64,000 nt of DNA from Thermoproteota archaeon (GTDB lineage Archaea; Thermoproteota; Thermoprotei_A; Sulfolobales; Ignisphaeraceae): positions 448,001-512,000 of the forward strand of contig JAUQPB010000001.1 of NCBI GenBank assembly GCA_030550585.1. Direction: 5' to 3'. Numbering within the stretch: position 1 is the first letter of the stretch; each line of letters opens with the position of its first letter. The notes beneath the pieces are model-generated. The model made no database searches, had not been told where the DNA came from, and saw nothing but the letters and a program-made list of their open reading frames with translations. Both the position numbers and the translations under genes were made by a program. Below, piece after piece: positions 38,138 to 48,574 of this stretch.

Positions 38138-38575
38138 CTAGGCCACATCAACGTTTTTATTTGTGTTATTCGATATCTTTGTGAAGAGATATCGAGATAG
38201 GATTGCACATCTACTTGGAGTATGAACTTTGTCAATTCCACATACAGAGAGATACTTGCATGTTATACATGGAATTTCAGAAAGATCCTTAGACAAAATT
38301 TCTATATCCTCACTCTTCTTTTGAGCATCTTCAATAACTGCTTTTAGGAAGTATGCTGTCTTGCCATTGCTTTCTATCTTCAATCTTTTAACCAGCTTTA
38401 GTTTAATCAGTTTTTTTACAATGTGTTGTAATGTTCTTGGCTTTATATTTCTGAGCTCGGGCATTTCTTTCAACTTTCTCTGCCAAACACCTCCTGAACT
38501 ATATGTCTCCTTCTTGATGATATCATACACAATTTTCTCAGCATCACTAAGATTATCGAACGATATTTTTCTCAC
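38138..38575 (-). CDS. TFE-beta / RPC34-like protein (winged helix plus Fe-S)
   Basis: wHTH N-terminus; PCITC..VC..PSRC; next to tfb and gar1. Confidence 0.8.
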   Translation of the reverse strand: MRKISFDNLSDAEKIVYDIIKKETYSSGGVWQRKLKEMPELRNIKPRTLQHIVKKLIKLKLVKRLKIESNGKTAYFLKAVIEDAQKKSEDIEILSKDLSEIPCITCKYLSVCGIDKVHTPSRCAILSRYLFTKISNNTNKNVDVA

Positions 38576-38699
38576 CTTGTGTAGAACCCTCTCACAATAT
38601 ATGGTGTGCTATAAGGTCTAATAAATTCATCATAAAATTTTGTATTGCATTGTAATAGAATGACAAAACATCTTTATGTTGCTGGCGTTTTGAAGCAGT

Positions 38700-39563
38700 T
38701 TAAACATAAACTATTATGTTTAGCTTGTCGATTATATCCCTATACCTATTTCTAATAGTAACTTCTGTGACATTGGCAGCTTCTGCAACCTGTTTTTGTG
38801 TTTTCTTTTCATCCACAAGGATAGACGCTATATAGACTGTTGCAGCTGCTATACCGGCTGGGTCTTTTCCCTCGGTAAAGCCCTCTTTCTTTAGTATATC
38901 TATTATCTTGGCTGCCAACATATATGCCTTCTGACTCAGCTTCAAATTTGTTATTATATTCGGTAAATACTTGCGGGGGTCTATATATGCCTTAAACTCA
39001 TTTATATCAACTTTAAAGTAGATGTCTGAGATGAGCTTCCAGTATTCTTCTTCATCTATGCCAAACCTTGCCAGCATTTCCCTAACCCTTACCGGTATGC
39101 CATGCTTCCTAGCAGCTATAACTATTGAGGCTAAGGCCAATATTTTTAGTTTGTCAACTCTTGGTTGAATAACATTGAATATTTTGCGTAGAAGCATAGC
39201 CGCGGTTTCAGCAACTTGATCAGGTAGGTTAATTAAGGCACTCATTTGGTTTAGATGGGTAAGAGCCTCTACAATTTTTCTCTCGTTTTTGTCCACACGA
39301 GTTTTTCTCTGAAGCAATGCAAGTCTTCTATTCTTAACAGATTCCCTATATCTTTTTACCGAGAGATCTATTTCTGTGGCAAGCCCAGAATCATGAACCT
39401 TATAAGTTATGCTCCCTACATGTGCTCTCCTAAGCCACTCCTCTGATGTGTAAGCTCGCCAATCTGGACTAAGCAATATCTGCTCTTCTTCTATAACCTC
39501 TCCAGTATCTAAACATATGAGAGATCCTCTTTCACTATCAACAATAACATTTGTGCAACTCAT
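38700..39563 (-). CDS. tfb: Transcription initiation factor IIB paralogue
   Basis: PDWRAY, GKDPAGIAAA, VTEVTIRNRY. Confidence 0.92.
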   Translation of the reverse strand: MSCTNVIVDSERGSLICLDTGEVIEEEQILLSPDWRAYTSEEWLRRAHVGSITYKVHDSGLATEIDLSVKRYRESVKNRRLALLQRKTRVDKNERKIVEALTHLNQMSALINLPDQVAETAAMLLRKIFNVIQPRVDKLKILALASIVIAARKHGIPVRVREMLARFGIDEEEYWKLISDIYFKVDINEFKAYIDPRKYLPNIITNLKLSQKAYMLAAKIIDILKKEGFTEGKDPAGIAAATVYIASILVDEKKTQKQVAEAANVTEVTIRNRYRDIIDKLNIIVYV

Positions 39564-39832
39564 TGTCTCTTACCTTTTCCCATTCTCTTTGTTCTATAAA
39601 ACAAGAACGTTGATGACTTTAAAAGCGACACAATGCCAGGCTTAACAGCCTTAACAACGGCAAAAGGTCTATCAACAGGCCCAATTATGTCAATGACTTT
39701 ACCTACAATTTCATTGTTGGCATCTAAGACTTCGGATCCCAATAGCGGTAAATTCTTTTTATCATGTATTTTTACAATGATGTATTTCGACCTTGTGATA
39801 TGGAGTACGCTTCCCAAGGGCCGCACAACCAA
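39560..39832 (-). CDS. gar1: H/ACA RNP protein Gar1
   Basis: VGKVIDIIGPVDRPF. Confidence 0.9.
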   Translation of the reverse strand: MVVRPLGSVLHITRSKYIIVKIHDKKNLPLLGSEVLDANNEIVGKVIDIIGPVDRPFAVVKAVKPGIVSLLKSSTFLFYRTKRMGKGKRQ

Positions 39833-40008
39833 TTAAGTAACACCAGTATTGTAACTCTCGGTCAGCTGATTTTAAAAATATTAGACAAATAGTACTTTGC
39901 TACAAACAATATAACAGAAATTGTATTGAAAAACATGAGAGGTTATATTGCAAGGAGGGCTGCAGTTCCATGGAAATGTTGAAAAACATATTAGCAGAAG
40001 GTTTTTAA

Positions 40009-40299
40009 CTAAGTTTTATATGCCTTCTTTCTTCTATTGATTATTCTTTCAGCTAGTAACTTAATCACTTGATATTTACTTAAGTTGGTTTCTACTAAAA
40101 TCATGCCACCTTGTCTATACCAAACTCTTGGATACTTCTTACTTTCTAGATACTCACACTTGATGCCAAGTTCTGAGCATGCCTCTAAAAATTCTTCAGG
40201 TTTTGGATTGTCTACACATAACTGCTTAGAAATTTTTCGACCTAATCTTCTAGGTAGCGAGCAATTTAAGCTGTGAATCCATATGCGCTTTAATGTCAT
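40009..40299 (-). CDS. srp19: Signal recognition particle protein SRP19
   Basis: IW..R.LGRKISK..VDNP, KKYPR.W. Confidence 0.88.
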   Translation of the reverse strand: MTLKRIWIHSLNCSLPRRLGRKISKQLCVDNPKPEEFLEACSELGIKCEYLESKKYPRVWYRQGGMILVETNLSKYQVIKLLAERIINRRKKAYKT

Positions 40300-40341
40300 C
40301 GACTTACACGTTAAAAAGACTAGTTACATCATTTTATTAGG

Positions 40342-40737
40342 CTACTTCTTTGTCTCTTCAATTAATACAGCATTTACAGTACCTTCTTGAGACGGTCTTG
40401 AAATCACCTTTGCTTTTCCAATCTCCGTATTTATTATACTACCCTTCACAATTATACCACGTCTTGCAAGCTCTCTATTCGCAGGCGTCTCCACAACCTC
40501 AATTATCCTAGCCTTTACAAATTTCTTTTCAGACGGGTTGTAGACATTTGCAAAGGCCGCATATTTTAATCTAACCTTGAAATTGCCGCCATAGACCCTT
40601 TCCACTACTCTAACATCGGATTGCCCCACCTTTGTCTCTATAGGGTAGCTTCCAATCTCATATTTCCTAGGCTTTCTATGTCTTCTCTTCAACCCTCCTG
40701 TAATCTTTTTAAGATCATTGCCTTGGTAAAAGCCCAT
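40342..40737 (-). CDS. rps8e: 30S ribosomal protein S8e
   Basis: GGNFKVRL, IVKG, SRPSQEGTVNAV. Confidence 0.96.
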   Translation of the reverse strand: MGFYQGNDLKKITGGLKRRHRKPRKYEIGSYPIETKVGQSDVRVVERVYGGNFKVRLKYAAFANVYNPSEKKFVKARIIEVVETPANRELARRGIIVKGSIINTEIGKAKVISRPSQEGTVNAVLIEETKK

Positions 40738-40966
40738 TATACACAGCCTCTGATATGTACCTAGCCAAATACATTAATTTGTATTGGTATTGACTTTTAA
40801 ACTTTTATCCCCCATAGCCTATAGTGTACTTGTATTAGATATTGATATACTGTAGAGTGGGGGAGAAGGAACGTCAAAAAAATTTGGCACAACTTTAATA
40901 GACAAATTCTTTGACCTACTTCTGAAGCCACGGGTCCAAAAATTTCTTCAACCATTTCTAGATGCT

Positions 40967-41725
40967 GTGTACTCTATTTACGAACAATACCTGTATAAAC
41001 AAGTAATGGCCGGGCCCATGCCTCAGCATGTAGCTATAATTCCAGATGGCAATAGAAGATGGGCAAGAGAACGTGGGTTGGATCCTAAAGAGGGTCATAG
41101 ATATGGCTATGAAAAATTGAAAGAGGTTTTACAGACTCTGTACGATTTAGGGATACGCGTTGTAACAATATATGCAATGTCATATGAAAACTGTATTTAT
41201 AGAAACGAAGATGAAAAGAACAATCTATTTAATTTAATTAAATCAGGATTAAACACATTATTGAATGAGGGTATGATTCACAAGTATAAAGTAAATGTAA
41301 AGGTCTTTGGAAAGCTGGAACTGGTGCGCAGGGATCTGCTAGAAGATATATCAAATATTGAGAAGGTCTCATCTCAATATAGAGATAGGTTCTTGAATAT
41401 TGCACTATGCTATGGAGGTAGGCAAGAAATAGTTGATGCGATCAAGAACATTGCTATAGATGTGGTAGCTGGAAAGGTTAAGATAGACGATATATCTGAG
41501 GAACTAATAAAGAAATACATCTCAACATCTCATTTGAAAGATCTTTCAGAGCCAGATTTGGTTATCAGAACATCAGGTGAAATGAGGATAAGCAATTTCT
41601 TGCTATGGCAAATAGCATATAGCGAACTCTATTTCTGCGATGTTTATTGGCCCGACTTTAGAAAAATAGACTTGCTCAGAGCTATAAGATCATATCAAAG
41701 AAGAGAGCGTAGGTTTGGAAGATAA
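40967..41725 (+). CDS. uppS: cis-isoprenyl transferase (UppS family); start uncertain
   Basis: HVAIIPDGNRRWA, YGGRQEI, IRTSGEMRISNFLLWQ. Confidence 0.95.
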   Translation: MYSIYEQYLYKQVMAGPMPQHVAIIPDGNRRWARERGLDPKEGHRYGYEKLKEVLQTLYDLGIRVVTIYAMSYENCIYRNEDEKNNLFNLIKSGLNTLLNEGMIHKYKVNVKVFGKLELVRRDLLEDISNIEKVSSQYRDRFLNIALCYGGRQEIVDAIKNIAIDVVAGKVKIDDISEELIKKYISTSHLKDLSEPDLVIRTSGEMRISNFLLWQIAYSELYFCDVYWPDFRKIDLLRAIRSYQRRERRFGR

Positions 41726-41765
41726 AACAGATGGCTATGGCAATATAGTCAAAGCATTGACATCG

Positions 41766-42674
41766 TCACTTATTTTCATCTTGGCCATATAGTATGTAGA
41801 GATCGTATATAGTTACCCTTTCTCCTCTATTGATCTTATCCAAAATCTTAGCCTTTTTCTCCTGGACTATTTTCTGCTGTTTGCTCTTCTCATACTCATC
41901 TCTCAATTTCTTTAGTTCTTTCAGCAATTCATTATACCTTTTCTTCTTCTCTTGGATCTCATTGTTTATCGCTACAAGTCTGCTCTTTATGTTGTCGCGC
42001 TGGCCCTTCAGCATCTTTATATCCTCTATGATATTGCCAATTTCATTTTTTATCTTGTCCCGCACCGTCTTGAGGTCGGTAAGTTGCTTCACATAGTTGT
42101 TTAACTCGGCTCTCTTTTTCGCAAGCTCGTCTCTAATCTCGGAAATCTTTTTCCTGACATCTTCATACTTGTTAGCAATCTCGCCATATCTTGAATGAAG
42201 AGAAACTAGTGTCTTCAGTTTTTGTTCTAGTCTGGAAATCTCATTTACGATCTCTTTTTCTTTTTCAGGATCTAGATAAGGCGTGGTAATCAGTGTCCAC
42301 TCCAATTGTTCAATCCTAGTTCTCAGCTCATCTATTGCAGTAGACGATTCTCTTCCCCTAGATAATTGTCTGAATTCTGAAGATACTTGTTTAAAATCTT
42401 TGAAAAGGTTTTCCAGCTCCGTCTTTAGTTTCTGGATCTCATTTCTTAGCATTGATATTTTTTCTCTTACACTAGCGATTTCGTTTCTGGTATTGGCAAG
42501 CTCTTCTCTTTTCTTTTTCAAATCCTCTCTTCTTGCATTGAGCTTTTCTCTAACTTCACTAAGCTGTTTCCTCAGATCATCTCTTTGTATAATCAGATTC
42601 TGCAACTCTTCTCTTATCGAGCCCAGCTCTACGTTAATCCTTTCTTCAAGTTCTTTCGACAAGACTAGCCTCAC
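41766..42674 (-). CDS. Archaeal long coiled-coil protein (COG1340-like)
   Basis: Continuous heptads with central LEW.LIT..L..EKEKEIV hinge. Confidence 0.75.
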   Translation of the reverse strand: MRLVLSKELEERINVELGSIREELQNLIIQRDDLRKQLSEVREKLNARREDLKKKREELANTRNEIASVREKISMLRNEIQKLKTELENLFKDFKQVSSEFRQLSRGRESSTAIDELRTRIEQLEWTLITTPYLDPEKEKEIVNEISRLEQKLKTLVSLHSRYGEIANKYEDVRKKISEIRDELAKKRAELNNYVKQLTDLKTVRDKIKNEIGNIIEDIKMLKGQRDNIKSRLVAINNEIQEKKKRYNELLKELKKLRDEYEKSKQQKIVQEKKAKILDKINRGERVTIYDLYILYGQDENK

Positions 42675-42689
42675 ACACCTTTACTTGTG

Positions 42690-43511
42690 CTACAGAATCT
42701 CACTTGGCTCCTCAGTATAAAAATCTTCACCTCCTGCTAAAATTCTTTGGATACCTGCATACAAATTGTCTAAGCCATCCCCTGTCACAGCTGAAACCAT
42801 AACGGCGTTTTCTAAGTTGCTTTTAACAACTCTTTCAATAAATGAATATATATCTTCAAAAGGAAACTCGCTTATAATGTTTAGCTCTGGACTTTTCAAA
42901 GATATTATAAAGTCGGATGGGTTTTCAATCATTTTTGTGATCTGAATGTATTCTTCTTTGGAAAGTATGTCACTTTTTGTTATAACCAGTATTTGGGGTT
43001 TTCTATGCGAAAGCGCTGTTGCAAGCGATAATATGAAGAGTGGTAGCAGGGTTGTGGGTTTTAAAACCATCTGCGACTCTATTAAGAATAGTGCAACGCT
43101 CTTAGACCCCCTAGATAGAGAGTCTATTATTATAGACCCTGCTTTCCTAAATGCGAATACCTCTAATTGTCCAGGTGTATCGACAATCACATAATTTGGC
43201 TTTTCCTCATTTATTTCATCTAAAAGCTCATTAACATAATTTACCGAAAGATCTATCGAGGCTATCAGCGCTCCATTGGGTCCAAGATTGTACCTCTTCA
43301 TAACCTCATTTGTTGTTATATAGTCTCTAATATCAATATCTGGATTGTATGGTATCCAATCAGCTGCTGGATCCAGATTTACTATAGCTGTGTCCATTCC
43401 ATGTTCTTCTAGCCAATCATTGAGGGCCTTGGCAAGAAAGCTTTTTCCAGATCCTGCAGGCCCCATTATAAATACGTAGTACATGTTCTCCACTCCTACT
43501 TGTTTAATCAA
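42690..43511 (-). CDS. GPN-loop GTPase
   Basis: GPAGSGKS, NLDP, LGPNG, DTPGQ. Confidence 0.93.
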   Translation of the reverse strand: MIKQVGVENMYYVFIMGPAGSGKSFLAKALNDWLEEHGMDTAIVNLDPAADWIPYNPDIDIRDYITTNEVMKRYNLGPNGALIASIDLSVNYVNELLDEINEEKPNYVIVDTPGQLEVFAFRKAGSIIIDSLSRGSKSVALFLIESQMVLKPTTLLPLFILSLATALSHRKPQILVITKSDILSKEEYIQITKMIENPSDFIISLKSPELNIISEFPFEDIYSFIERVVKSNLENAVMVSAVTGDGLDNLYAGIQRILAGGEDFYTEEPSEIL

Positions 43512-43524
43512 TGTGTGCTACTCA

Positions 43525-44391
43525 TCACATTATCTGCATTGCTAATGGCATTCTAGTTACTCTCTTTGGAAACTTAAAAACATTATATTTATATCCACAG
43601 TACTTACATGTCTTGTCAGATTTTATGTTTAATCTAAGCATATAACCCCCTTGTCTTACTATAATTGGATTCCGACAAGAGACACAAAATGTTGAAGCAA
43701 TCTCTACAACACTTTCTAGAGGTGCCTGCGCTACAATACCCTTCTTTCTATATCTATCAATAATGTTTAGCTTCTCATCAATAGAAAGATCGTTGCCGAT
43801 GAACAGAATATTTAATGGAATTTTTTGGGATGTCAAAAGATTCTCTATAGATTTGGCGAACATATCAATGGATTGCTCATTTGATGTCATGATAAATACT
43901 ATTTCAAGGTGCTTTTCCTCTTGAACCAAGGAGCTCAGAAATGAAGAGAGTTTCTCATAGTCGATACTATTGATTTGATAGTCTATAATTTCTATTAGTA
44001 CTACATCAACATGTCTGATAATTTGATTGATATATGTTTTCTCATTTTCGAGGAGAATTCCATTGATTTTTATTCCTATATGCAACTTATGTAATCTGTT
44101 CAATTCCTTTACTAGTTCCTCGACTCCGCTTTTCTTATAGGGTTCTCCCCCATGTAACATGACCAGATCTGGATTGTATTTATTAACTAATTCAACTATA
44201 TTATACAAGCTGATGTTAAGTAATTGAGAGCTTTTAGCATCAAGATTGGCTTCCCAAGGACAGATAGCACATGAGAGGGGGCACTCAATAAAGTTGATGA
44301 CTATAGCGATACCTCCACTACAGCAAAATGAGAGAGGTATTTTCTCGATATTGACCAAAGAAACTGATGCTACAGAGCTCATCAAAGCCAA
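43525..44391 (-). CDS. Divergent radical SAM protein (PFL-activase/AmmeMemo-associated-like)
   Basis: CPLSCAIC (CxxxCxxC), GGEP, C-terminal CVSC...CKYC. Confidence 0.7.
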   Translation of the reverse strand: MALMSSVASVSLVNIEKIPLSFCCSGGIAIVINFIECPLSCAICPWEANLDAKSSQLLNISLYNIVELVNKYNPDLVMLHGGEPYKKSGVEELVKELNRLHKLHIGIKINGILLENEKTYINQIIRHVDVVLIEIIDYQINSIDYEKLSSFLSSLVQEEKHLEIVFIMTSNEQSIDMFAKSIENLLTSQKIPLNILFIGNDLSIDEKLNIIDRYRKKGIVAQAPLESVVEIASTFCVSCRNPIIVRQGGYMLRLNIKSDKTCKYCGYKYNVFKFPKRVTRMPLAMQIM

Positions 44392-44598
44392 TGTCTTTAA
44401 CCTCTCACTGGGTTCTCAAACATAGTAACAACTATAAGGCTTTAAAATTGATGGCGTGATCTTAGTCAAACGCTCATTTTTAATTCGTTATTGATACAAA
44501 CTCATTTTAATGACATAGAGAATTTCCTAAGTTTGTCAACCTAAGATTAATCAAGTTTATATTCTGCTTTTAAATCTCACATTGTTGTGTGATCTAAA

Positions 44599-45486
44599 TT
44601 GTTGTTACTGCTCTCAGGTGTTGCAGAGTCTCTGTCACATGGTTTGCAGAAATCATGTGGTCTAGAAATTGTTAGTAGTCATCATAAGCTATTTCCAGAT
44701 GGCGAGCAATATATTAGAATATTATCGGAGGTTAGAGACAGAGATGTTGTTGTTGCTCAGTCGATGTACCCAAACCAAGACAGCAAGGCTGTAGAGCTTT
44801 ATCTCGCTATTGAAGCTTTGCAAGGTTTGCAAGCAACTGTGTCCACTGTTTTGATCCCCTATATGGCTTACGCCAGGCAGGACAAAAGGTTTTTAAAAGG
44901 GGAACCCATAAGCGTAAAGGCCATTTATGCCCCATTACGTCTATTCAATGTTAAAAGGTTAGTTGTTGTAGACACCCATTCGCATGATGTATCAGCGCTA
45001 GTGGGAATTGAAGTAGTGAATATTTTGCCTCATGCATATGCAATCAAAAAAGCTGGTATCAGTGTAGACTTTATTTTATCCCCAGATAGAGGAGCTCTCC
45101 ATAGAGCAGAAAGCGCGGCAAAGGCCTTTGGTGTCAGCTTTGATTACTTGGATAAATTCAGGGATAGAGTCACAGGCGAAATAAAGGTGTCGCCTAAAGA
45201 TCTTGATGTTAGAAATGCAAATGTTGCAATAGTTGATGACATAATCAGTACGGGGGGCACCATAGCGAAGGCATGTCAAATACTCTATGATCTTGGAGCA
45301 AACAAAGTTTATGCAGTTGTATCACATGCTCTGCTATCTGAAAAGTCTATAGAGGTTTTAAGCAAAGCTGGCTTAACCAAATTGATAACCACAAATAGCG
45401 TCAAACGACAAATCAATTTGCCTGAGTGGGTTCTTGAAGTAGACCTAAGCGAGTTGATATGCAACGAGCTTAGAAGGGCGCCATAA
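44599..45486 (+). CDS. prs: Ribose-phosphate pyrophosphokinase
   Basis: FPDGE, YARQD, VDDIISTGGT. Confidence 0.95.
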   Translation: MLLLLSGVAESLSHGLQKSCGLEIVSSHHKLFPDGEQYIRILSEVRDRDVVVAQSMYPNQDSKAVELYLAIEALQGLQATVSTVLIPYMAYARQDKRFLKGEPISVKAIYAPLRLFNVKRLVVVDTHSHDVSALVGIEVVNILPHAYAIKKAGISVDFILSPDRGALHRAESAAKAFGVSFDYLDKFRDRVTGEIKVSPKDLDVRNANVAIVDDIISTGGTIAKACQILYDLGANKVYAVVSHALLSEKSIEVLSKAGLTKLITTNSVKRQINLPEWVLEVDLSELICNELRRAP

Positions 45487-45507
45487 AAACACATTGCATA
45501 ATAATCC

Positions 45508-46542
45508 TTGGCTAGTGATGCATTTGTGTATGAAAAGACCTTCGTTTTTAAGCTTAGTAATGAACTGTTTTCAATAGCGCTATCAGAATTCAATTCTATT
45601 ATAGTAGCAGACAATCTACCTGCTAAAACTATTCATCAAATAGATGAATTTGTCATAGCTGAGACAGACGAAAAAACTGCAATGCATCTAAGCAACAGAG
45701 CTTCATTGATACTGGAATCGGGGCATATAATCGGTGTTTTTGATGAAGATGACTTGGGAGGTCTTAGCAATTTGATAATCAATTATTTGAAAACATCCAA
45801 TACCTGTATACGCTTTGACGCTATTAGAGGCTTTGGCAAAGAGTCAATAAAAAATTTAATGGTTCTTCTACATGGTTTTAGTTGGAGCAGATGTAGGGAG
45901 GTTGTTAAAGTAGCTTTCATTGGTGGTATAGCAATAGCATATCATGTCATGTACAGAAGAAAAGAGTTGAAATTCCTTGATAGAGAACCTCATAAAAGAC
46001 CCTGCTACAGACCAGGAACAATGAAGCCCCGACTAGCTAGGGCACTTGTAAATTTGGCTAAGCTCTCATCAGTAAGAAAACAAATAATGTTAGATCCTTT
46101 TTGTGGTGTTGGCGGTATAGTACTAGAAGCTTGTTCCATGGGTATACACTCAATATGTAGTGACATAGATACTAAAATGTGTATGTGTGCCAAGGAGAAC
46201 ATAAAGCACTTTAAATGTGATGAAATAGCTGATATCGTTCTCGGCGATGCTAGCAGAGAAGGCATCAGAGGGTATTCCGTGGACGCTGTTGTAACAGACC
46301 CTCCATATGGTATACAGAGCTCTCCAAAGGGTTTCGGAATACTTGACCTTCTGAAAAATTTCATAACAGTTTCATCTGATGTTATAAAGCCAAATGGGTA
46401 CATGGTATTTGCAATACCAATACAATACGAGTCTATCATCAACGCATATTTGCAGGATCATGGTTTCGAGATAAAGGAAAAACACATTAATAGAGTTCAT
46501 GGCTCTCTCACAAGGCTTATTTATGTGGTGCGTAAAGTTTGA
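45508..46542 (+). CDS. Trm11/TrmG10-family tRNA methyltransferase
   Basis: LARALVNL, DPFCGVGG, TDPPYG, VHGSLTR. Confidence 0.88.
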   Translation: MASDAFVYEKTFVFKLSNELFSIALSEFNSIIVADNLPAKTIHQIDEFVIAETDEKTAMHLSNRASLILESGHIIGVFDEDDLGGLSNLIINYLKTSNTCIRFDAIRGFGKESIKNLMVLLHGFSWSRCREVVKVAFIGGIAIAYHVMYRRKELKFLDREPHKRPCYRPGTMKPRLARALVNLAKLSSVRKQIMLDPFCGVGGIVLEACSMGIHSICSDIDTKMCMCAKENIKHFKCDEIADIVLGDASREGIRGYSVDAVVTDPPYGIQSSPKGFGILDLLKNFITVSSDVIKPNGYMVFAIPIQYESIINAYLQDHGFEIKEKHINRVHGSLTRLIYVVRKV

Positions 46543-47348
46543 GACTGATTTTTCTAGGCACAAGTGCAGCAATTCCTTCCCACGAAAGATTTATGCCTAG
46601 CATACTTTTGTGTAGTTCTAGAGACTGTATGTTGCTTGACTGTGGGGAGGGAGCACAGATGCGATTAATAGAAGCGGGAATTGATCTATCTAAAATAGCT
46701 TACATTGTAATTACACATTTGCATGGCGATCACTTTTATGGCGTTTACCCATTAATCGACAGCTATATAATGAGGGTAAGATCTCAGAAATTAAAGAATA
46801 AAAAGCTTGTGATCTATGCTCCAACTGGTTTTTGCAAAGGATTTGACAATAATTTCAATGATTTAATTACATGTGTTGAAGTATCTAAGAATACTATGGC
46901 AAACAATGGTTTTGTTCAGATGGGTGATTTTAAAGTTAGATGGCTTCCAATGGACCATGGGGATGTAGAGGCTTTCGGCATTTTCATAGCTATTAAACAC
47001 AGAGAGAAGGAATTGGGCATTTTCTATTCAGGAGACGGCATATGCAGAGACAAGTGTTTAGAGTTTCTAAAAAATGTAAGACCCTGCATCATAATACATG
47101 AAGCTTCATTCCTTGATTACAGAGATGATGCAAAGAAAGCGAGGGAGAGATACCATGCAACTGTTGCAGATGCTGCCAACTTAGCTAGGGAGTCTCAAGC
47201 AAAGATGTTGATACTTATGCATATAAGTAGTAGGTATCGTAGTGGAGAGATAAACGATTTTATTTCGCGGGCCAAAAGGCTGTTTGAAGGAGATATCTAT
47301 ATAGCTTCTGATCTCTCACAAGTCCAATTAGATAGGGTTACTTGTTAA
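46539..47348 (+). CDS. rnz: Ribonuclease Z
   Basis: FLGT, DCGEG, HLHGDH, HEAS, HISSRY. Confidence 0.9.
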   Translation: MRLIFLGTSAAIPSHERFMPSILLCSSRDCMLLDCGEGAQMRLIEAGIDLSKIAYIVITHLHGDHFYGVYPLIDSYIMRVRSQKLKNKKLVIYAPTGFCKGFDNNFNDLITCVEVSKNTMANNGFVQMGDFKVRWLPMDHGDVEAFGIFIAIKHREKELGIFYSGDGICRDKCLEFLKNVRPCIIIHEASFLDYRDDAKKARERYHATVADAANLARESQAKMLILMHISSRYRSGEINDFISRAKRLFEGDIYIASDLSQVQLDRVTC

Positions 47349-47785
47349 GTATCTGTAGGTGTTGGCAAATCCCATATTGGTTTGCCATGAGAGGTTTTCG
47401 GTGTTAGCCAATCTATTATCAGTTCTATTTTATCGCTTGAGATAACCACGTTTATTGGGCCTAGAGGACTCTCATTATCTGAGTCCACAAAGCTTACAAC
47501 TCCTTGGTAAGCTGCTTGCTTATTTAGCTTCACCTCAACAACATTTCCTTTATAACTCTTCAGAAGAATGTTGCGTGCAGTGTCAAGAATTCTTTGCTTT
47601 CTTAGTATATCGCGCAGCTTTGTCAAAGTTTCTATATTGTTTTCTTCTATGACTATCAATTTTCTTTCATTGCCCAATTCCTCTACCTTAATATTTTTAA
47701 AGTTGAATAGGTTTTTGAGTGCTCTAATAACCTTATTCAAATCCTCGGTAGGTCTAACCTCAGTCTCTATTCTTATGTACACCAA
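47345..47785 (-). CDS. UPF0201 RNA-binding domain protein
   Basis: PTED..KV, ILDTAR, KQAA, ESPLGPI. Confidence 0.88.
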   Translation of the reverse strand: MVYIRIETEVRPTEDLNKVIRALKNLFNFKNIKVEELGNERKLIVIEENNIETLTKLRDILRKQRILDTARNILLKSYKGNVVEVKLNKQAAYQGVVSFVDSDNESPLGPINVVISSDKIELIIDWLTPKTSHGKPIWDLPTPTDT

Positions 47786-48360
47786 CTTTTAAGCGCCTCA
47801 ATAAAAAAGTTTCTTGCTTCGCTTATAAGTTCTTCAATTCTACCCTCATTGACAATGACTTTATCAGCCAAGGCTATAACATTTCCAAGACCCCACGAAA
47901 GCTCCTCAAAATCTCTTCTCTTGAAATCTTCTAGTGTTCTTGGATCCCCCTGTCTCCCTCTAGCTAGTATTCTTTCAAATCTGGTTTTCTGCGACGAATG
48001 TATAGCTAAGATAAAAACCTTCTTGTCTATCTGCTTGTTTATGGCCTCAATCTCGTCTAGGCTTCTAACACCATCTACTACAATTATGCAGCTGGAGTTG
48101 CAGGCACGAGCTATTCTCTCTAAAGCAAGTTTTGCTATGGCATCTCTTCCGAATTTTCTTCTCAATTCATTCGCAACGCTAAGCACATTTTCCAATGTTG
48201 GTTCTAATCCTCTTCGCATAACTTCATCTCTTACAACATCGCCTAGGGATATAACCGGCAAACCCAGTTCCCTAGCCACATTAGCTACAACACTTTTTCC
48301 AGCACCTGGCAAACCAGCTAGCACTATAATAGTCTTGCATATGGGTCCACGATCCAACAT
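47773..48360 (-). CDS. UPF0200 P-loop kinase (dephospho-CoA kinase-like)
   Basis: GLPGAGKS, GDVVR, DGVRS. Confidence 0.85.
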   Translation of the reverse strand: MLDRGPICKTIIVLAGLPGAGKSVVANVARELGLPVISLGDVVRDEVMRRGLEPTLENVLSVANELRRKFGRDAIAKLALERIARACNSSCIIVVDGVRSLDEIEAINKQIDKKVFILAIHSSQKTRFERILARGRQGDPRTLEDFKRRDFEELSWGLGNVIALADKVIVNEGRIEELISEARNFFIEALKSWCT

Positions 48361-48574
48361 GTTAACATCACCTTTTCCGCAAGCATCATTTGCTGTTTTT
48401 ATGAATTAAGGCTCTGTAATCTATTTTTGATATGAATAATCTTGATCCGATATTTATATTTGTATAAAGATCTTCATTTGCAAATAGATTGTATTGTTTT
48501 TTACTCATGGACACGTTTAATTTAAATACCTAAGATGATAGACAAAACATTAGCTATATTGGGGTGTAAAAGCC

